DNA from: a virus
Lineage: Duplodnaviria > Caudoviricetes
Length of the DNA: 64,000 bases
Direction: 5' to 3' (one strand)
IMG/VR virus record: IMGVR_UViG_3300035208_005087
Span: 1-64,000 of that record
Both the position numbers and the translations under genes were made by a program. Shown here piece by piece: positions 59,201-64,000 of this stretch; the stretch's first letter is position 1, and every line of letters begins with the position of its first letter. The notes under the pieces are model-generated. The model was given only the letters and a program-made list of their open reading frames with translations, did no database searches and was not told the origin of the DNA.

Positions 59201-59959
59201 TTACTCAAAAAGACTGCTTAGCTCGTCTTTGTCAGACGCCTCTAAAGCGATCCCATCAATTCCTGTATCAAAAGACATTTCCACGCCGGCCACCTTAATG
59301 GTACCCCCAGAAGTGCTCTTCTGGCTGGCTGTTTTTACCACAGGGGCATCACTCTTTGCTACCATATCAGAATCCAAAGATTCCGCTTGATTAGGAGTTT
59401 GCTCGGGGGTTAATTTAGCGCCTGTCGCTTTTTCTACATCTTTCGTATCTGTGCCCTTGTTATGACTACCATCGGGAGTTTGTTCCTTTGGTAGAGCTGC
59501 AGCAGCTACCGCATCGGGACGACTTGCATCCAAACTAGCTTCCTTCTCCTGCGTGTCTTTCTTAGCCTTGTCGTCACAAGCAGCTTCTTTGCTTTCTTCT
59601 TCTTTCTTTTCAGAAGCGTACATAGAGGCTAGTTTTTGACGAACACTGTCAGCTGCTTTTTCTGACCAGAAAAAGGGCTTCTTTTCCCATTGGCTTTTTT
59701 CCTTGGACACTTCCTGGTAAGGGTGTTCAAAAGGAATAGAGGTATCCCCTTCCACAATGGCTTTTTCTTCAAACATCTTTTTAAGACCTTCAGGATCCAA
59801 AAAAGCTGCTAATTTTTCTTGGGGCATATTCTCTAAAGCATATGCAGCAGTAGCCAGATCTGAGGCCATTTCCTCGCTACCTGTCACCACCTCAGAGGCT
59901 TTTTTTAGAATGCTCGCTAATTGTTTACTGTACTGCATTATGATTCTCCTTTTGTCCAA
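59201..59959 (-). CDS. Low-complexity acidic protein rich in K-x-A-[S/A/G] motifs
   Basis: KKAS, KLAA, KLAS, KEAA, KEAS, KTAS, KVAG; LxxEQTP repeat. Confidence 0.65.
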   Translation of the reverse strand: MDKRRIIMQYSKQLASILKKASEVVTGSEEMASDLATAAYALENMPQEKLAAFLDPEGLKKMFEEKAIVEGDTSIPFEHPYQEVSKEKSQWEKKPFFWSEKAADSVRQKLASMYASEKKEEESKEAACDDKAKKDTQEKEASLDASRPDAVAAAALPKEQTPDGSHNKGTDTKDVEKATGAKLTPEQTPNQAESLDSDMVAKSDAPVVKTASQKSTSGGTIKVAGVEMSFDTGIDGIALEASDKDELSSLFE

Positions 59960-59961
59960 TA

Positions 59962-62796
59962 CTACAGAGTACTTCGTAAGTAATGTGTTGCTACGATCCA
60001 GTCTACACCAAAGATAGGCACATACCGTACGGCTACGTTGATTACAGAGGGATCCTTATCATCTTGACGGACAACAAAGTTGTTGCTGAAGTCCGCAATA
60101 AGATTAAGACTCTTAAGAGAGGTAAAGTAAGATGCCAAGGCTGTTTTGATTTCATTAGAAACCCCACCCAGACCCTTACGTCCGATAAATCGGTCACCCA
60201 CTCTACGAACACCTTTCTGCACTTCATGCTTTGTTTCCACGATACGTGGGTTCCTAGTAAGCACTGAGGTCATGTCGGTGGTCAAACCCATCAACACTTT
60301 GATATTGTTGTTCTTATTTTCTAATACGGTCACCCCTTTTTGAGCAACTAAGGCTGCTGTAGCTTTTGTCAAACTTCTTCCTAACCTTTGGAAACCTACT
60401 AGGGATATGTTTGTCAAAGGTGTAGCTACATCATACACAGGAGAAACGTCGGCGCCAGTCATGGCCACTGCAACATACTCCCCGCCTACCAAGATGTCTT
60501 GGTCGACACCGTTAGAGTCTGGGATAGTTATCACAGCGCTATCTGGGTACACCAAAGTGATCAATTCAGATTTTAAAGCCTTTGCATAGTTTAATGCATC
60601 CTCAGGAGTAGACCCTGCTGCCAAACCAATAAAGGATGTCCTTTCATTTTGCATACGAATGCTCGATTGTTGGGCATTAGATGTACGCAAGTAGTTAAGC
60701 ACTTGTCTGTTCGCTGTCAACACACTTAATAATGCAGGACGAGTCCCGTTACTTAGCGGTTCGTTGAAAGAGTCGATTGCTTCCACATAAGATGCAACAG
60801 AGGCGTCATTACTGTTAGGCGCTTTACGTACCTGCTTTACAGCCAAGGCTTGGCCACCATTCAAAAAGTACAGATTAGCTGCCATTACCAAAGGATTGTT
60901 TTGTGCTAATGGACCAAACAGATTTTGTACTTCAGGAAAGGATGTAACATATTTCACTGAGTAATCTGTTTTTTCCTTATCAAAGGTCACATAGTACACA
61001 TCACCTACTCGAGGTTCTTCGTCTTGTACCATGTTAAAAGTTTGGATAATGGCGGTATCTTCAAGGCCCACATTAATGGTGTCTTCTACGCGGAAACGGA
61101 CACCTGGGATACCTAGCTCTACGTTAGTTGATACGGTAAACCGTTTACTCACATTAAACACCAGTGTTCCTGCTGTCGCGGCTTCTAATGCAAAAGTGAA
61201 ACCAGTTACAGAATCCTTATAGGTCTTCCCAACCATGCCAGTGTTTACTGCACCAGAACCTGTAGCGTTTGGCACACTAGAGGTAACTGTGAACTCACCA
61301 GAGGCATCTACAGTTACTGTCACTACTTCGTCCCCGTATACACGGGAAGGGGTCACGTATGCATTACTGGTTCCTCCTACTCCGTCCCAGGTAACAGTTC
61401 CTGTATCCAGGAAAGTCGCAGTGGAAGTACTAGAAGGGTCTAAAATAACTTGACGAGCGCTGCCGTATGCGTCACCGATTACGGTGTATTCGCCAACACC
61501 CTCACCGCCCGATACCTTGTTCCGTACTGTCCAGGTGTCATCTGCCAAAGTGTTTACAAAGAAACTAGCAAAAACCTTGTCCCCTGGTGCAGGTGCACTT
61601 TGAAGAGTAATGTTCCTTCCTTCTACCTTTGTTACCACTACTTGACTAGCGCTTGCCTCATCTGCACCTACATACACAACTAAATCGTCATGAGGGTTAG
61701 CCGTGCCGTTGGAAACAGAAGTCAGTGGAGTACCTTTACCGTCCCCCTTTACAGGCTGATAAGGTAAGGTGTATATTTTAGTGACGGCGGTAGTCGTAGC
61801 CTGTGCTTCTACCATGTAGTAACGGTAGTCCACCATACTAGCATCGACTTTGTTGTCGTTAAAGGCATCCGCGCCCACTTCATTGATCCCAGCAGAAACA
61901 GCTATAGAGCTGCCCCAATGGATCTCATTGCCACGGGCTAAAACGTAATCTTTGTTTTTAAAGAAATCCGTGCGGCCTGGGTCAAAACCCACTCTTGCGA
62001 TATTGGAAACGATAGCAGCGGGCAAGATATCTGCAGTGTCTTGGAAATTGTTAGTAAAATAGCTAACAAGCACCTCTGCACCATCTGCAGGGGCATTAAC
62101 TAGCGTGAATGTCCCAAAACCCCCAGAGATACTATCAATATCAACAAGGGTGCCATCTACTTGAGCTTGGATAACAGGTACCTGTATCATTACTCCATTT
62201 ACTTCGTTGGTAACCACAGCTCCGATACTGGTACTAGTGGCGTTATTTCCGCCATTGTCCCCTGCCACGATACGTGCAGAGTCCACTTTAAACACTCGGT
62301 TACTCCCGTCCGCTTGTAGAGAAAGATCTTCATTCTCTACATAGGTGTCACGTCTTTTGAAGTAGTAATTTAGTTCAACAATGTCCCCTTGCGCGGGAGG
62401 GTTCACTAAGGTAATCAAACCTGTGGCCGCGTCTATAGACTGCACAGGCACGCCCTCTCCATTTACCACTACTACCACATCGTTAGGGTTAGTAGCATAA
62501 GTGCCTTCACCATCGTTCAGCACTAGCGGGTACTGTCGTGTATAGAAGTCCACATTTACACTGTCTTGTACATTCCCACGTCCATTGCTTGACGCAATTT
62601 CCCCTAGGATGATGTTTGCCGCACTAGAGGACGACCCTCGCACCATTTCAAAAGCTTCAATCCTTTCTTCTTCTTGGCCTACAGCTATTAAAGCAGCATA
62701 CCTTGCCTGACCTGCAGCAGTAGGGCTGGGAGCTTGAACAAATGTTCTAGTGTATGTCCCCGGAAACGCAAATTGTTCTAGTGGTCCGATTGCCAT
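59962..62796 (-). CDS. Contractile tail sheath protein with inserted Ig-like modules
   Basis: FPGTYT N-terminus, FPEVQNLFG, YFLNGG, C-terminal VRQDDKDPSVINVAVRYVPIF. Confidence 0.9.
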   Translation of the reverse strand: MAIGPLEQFAFPGTYTRTFVQAPSPTAAGQARYAALIAVGQEEERIEAFEMVRGSSSSAANIILGEIASSNGRGNVQDSVNVDFYTRQYPLVLNDGEGTYATNPNDVVVVVNGEGVPVQSIDAATGLITLVNPPAQGDIVELNYYFKRRDTYVENEDLSLQADGSNRVFKVDSARIVAGDNGGNNATSTSIGAVVTNEVNGVMIQVPVIQAQVDGTLVDIDSISGGFGTFTLVNAPADGAEVLVSYFTNNFQDTADILPAAIVSNIARVGFDPGRTDFFKNKDYVLARGNEIHWGSSIAVSAGINEVGADAFNDNKVDASMVDYRYYMVEAQATTTAVTKIYTLPYQPVKGDGKGTPLTSVSNGTANPHDDLVVYVGADEASASQVVVTKVEGRNITLQSAPAPGDKVFASFFVNTLADDTWTVRNKVSGGEGVGEYTVIGDAYGSARQVILDPSSTSTATFLDTGTVTWDGVGGTSNAYVTPSRVYGDEVVTVTVDASGEFTVTSSVPNATGSGAVNTGMVGKTYKDSVTGFTFALEAATAGTLVFNVSKRFTVSTNVELGIPGVRFRVEDTINVGLEDTAIIQTFNMVQDEEPRVGDVYYVTFDKEKTDYSVKYVTSFPEVQNLFGPLAQNNPLVMAANLYFLNGGQALAVKQVRKAPNSNDASVASYVEAIDSFNEPLSNGTRPALLSVLTANRQVLNYLRTSNAQQSSIRMQNERTSFIGLAAGSTPEDALNYAKALKSELITLVYPDSAVITIPDSNGVDQDILVGGEYVAVAMTGADVSPVYDVATPLTNISLVGFQRLGRSLTKATAALVAQKGVTVLENKNNNIKVLMGLTTDMTSVLTRNPRIVETKHEVQKGVRRVGDRFIGRKGLGGVSNEIKTALASYFTSLKSLNLIADFSNNFVVRQDDKDPSVINVAVRYVPIFGVDWIVATHYLRSTL

Positions 62797-62923
62797 TGCT
62801 TTTTCTCCTCATTTCTGCCTACGCTCTTTTCCAGTTGCTAGAGGTTTCACTCTTACTGACACCCCTGTAACGGGCATAAAAAACACTACAGGGCATTAAA
62901 AAATCTATAATGCACTACAAGGG

Positions 62924-62939
62924 AATTAGAAGATTATCC
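62924..62939 (-). promoter_or_regulatory. Candidate phage late promoter motif (GGATAATCTTCTAATT)
   Basis: 15-nt identity with the 23411 copy; intergenic, upstream of the sheath gene. Confidence 0.6.
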
Positions 62940-62959
62940 AACAGAGTCTCGGGGAAAGT

Positions 62960-63391
62960 CTAAACGGCTAGTTTCCGGAAACCTTTTTTATCCCAGGTTT
63001 CCTTACCCTTTGCCTGGGACACAGCTTCCGAATACTCTTTAGCCCGTGCCTTGCGTTTCTGATCACCAAGTAATGCTTCAGGGTTGAATGTTTGTCCTGG
63101 TTTTATACCAAGGTCTACTACATTAGCCCCCGCTAGCCTCTTTTCTTTTTTCTTAGTAAGGTCTTCCCACTTCTTGTGAGCTGAGGCCCCTACTACTTTA
63201 TCGATTTCGGATTCCGTGTAGGCATCCTTCTTCGTAGTATCCAAAGGAGTGCTGACAGCAAAGGTGTCTGCTCCTAGTCTGCGAGTCTCACTTCCGCAGC
63301 GAGGGCAAATCTGATCATCTTTGTCCGCCACCTTAGCGAGCTTTTCTGATACCAGATTACATCCGGGGCATTTGTATCTATAAATTGGCAT
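62960..63391 (-). CDS. FmdB-like zinc-ribbon protein
   Basis: MPIYRYKCPGC...CPRCGS. Confidence 0.8.
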   Translation of the reverse strand: MPIYRYKCPGCNLVSEKLAKVADKDDQICPRCGSETRRLGADTFAVSTPLDTTKKDAYTESEIDKVVGASAHKKWEDLTKKKEKRLAGANVVDLGIKPGQTFNPEALLGDQKRKARAKEYSEAVSQAKGKETWDKKGFRKLAV

Positions 63392-63421
63392 GTGAGTCTC
63401 CTATTTGTTTTGTTTTATTTT

Positions 63422-64000
63422 TTAGAAAAGATACGGATACGTTGTAATGGGGTACTCCACTAAAAACTCAGGAGTATCTTGGGCGTCATAGAGGCTCACC
63501 TCTTGGACCCTTCCCCTCTTGATTCTTTCTACCGCCTCTACATCGTACGTGTACTTTTTCAATTTTATTACGTATGGTATAAACTTCTTCCACTCGGTCA
63601 TTACCTCTATATTGAGGCTACTTTCAAAATACATTGCTTGCGTGGCATCATCATACACAGATTCGGATTCATTTGACGGTGTGCAGTCCTCTATGGTGAT
63701 TCCTTCGTTTTTTAATAGCTCCCTTCTATTCACCCAAATGTCCGAAGACAAATGATCAGCTATTTCCGAAGTCGTCAAAGGATCTCTTGAAAATACCTTC
63801 CACCCTAAGGTCATGTTATAATGACCACCTTTAACATGTGCGGCTTTTTCTCTTCTAGCGGTCAGTACCACACACATCTTATCACCCTTCTGTCTCCTAG
63901 AACCAAAGGCTAGTACCACCCCTTTAATGGCCTTGTCATTATAGGAATACTCCGTAGGTATATTGAAAGGTCCTAGAGTGTCCCCCTGCCACCTATAAGA
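63422..64000 (-). CDS. Tail completion/neck-like protein, 5'-truncated by the window
   Basis: Frame stays open from 64000 (SYRWQGDTLGPF...); position upstream of the sheath gene. Confidence 0.55.
   Translation of the reverse strand, partial: SYRWQGDTLGPFNIPTEYSYNDKAIKGVVLAFGSRRQKGDKMCVVLTARREKAAHVKGGHYNMTLGWKVFSRDPLTTSEIADHLSSDIWVNRRELLKNEGITIEDCTPSNESESVYDDATQAMYFESSLNIEVMTEWKKFIPYVIKLKKYTYDVEAVERIKRGRVQEVSLYDAQDTPEFLVEYPITTYPYLF

Larger units (their letters stand above)
1..64000 (-). mobile_element. Segment of a large (jumbo-type) myovirus genome
   Basis: Co-oriented, tightly packed genes including tail sheath, tube, tape measure, baseplate, phage-type PolA/DnaB/SNF2 and a sigma-like factor; no cellular housekeeping operons or integrase seen. 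Confidence 0.93.

Noticed and set aside
67-63755. Numerous plus-strand ORFs of 60-236 aa in the track
   Set aside because: They lie antisense to long, motif-bearing minus-strand genes and have no recognisable motifs; treated as shadow ORFs.
1-64000. Stop-codon reassignment, as in some large phages
   Set aside because: TAA, TAG and TGA all end full-length genes, and coding density is high under the standard code.
1-64000. tRNA or rRNA genes
   Set aside because: Intergenic gaps are short and none showed a cloverleaf or T-loop pattern by eye; tRNAscan-SE would confirm.

Overview
The window is a 64-kb slice of a large (jumbo-type) contractile-tailed phage genome. Virtually all real genes are on the minus strand, tightly packed, and read in the standard code. 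In transcription order (right to left) there are four blocks. (1) A myovirus tail/baseplate block: completion protein, sheath, tube, two chaperones, tape measure, two tube-initiator-like paralogs (one fused to an M15-type Zn peptidase), hub, spike, wedge proteins and two paralogous fibre/baseplate proteins. (2) A replication/expression block: SNF2 helicase, degenerate helicase loader, DnaB, a stand-alone CHC2 primase zinc finger, family A DNA polymerase, a sigma-like factor, a DUF932-like protein and ParB. (3) Accessory genes: thioredoxin, glycosyltransferase-like, class 3 lipase, DEDDh exonuclease, CYTH. (4) The 5' part of a class II ribonucleotide reductase. The most notable feature is a 1,483-bp transposase-less, IS607-like element with an unannotated RHH gene and an intact-looking TnpB. 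Its ends, end repeats, internal terminator/promoter, predicted omegaRNA/guide and the reading frame it interrupts can all be read from the sequence. Other hidden signals are a recurrent candidate late-promoter motif, a recurring K-x-A-[S/A/G] motif that may mark capsid-packaged or proteolytically matured proteins, a 31-bp palindrome near ParB, and a tandem bipartite motif upstream of nrdJ. All protein calls come from motif recognition by eye; no database searches were run.
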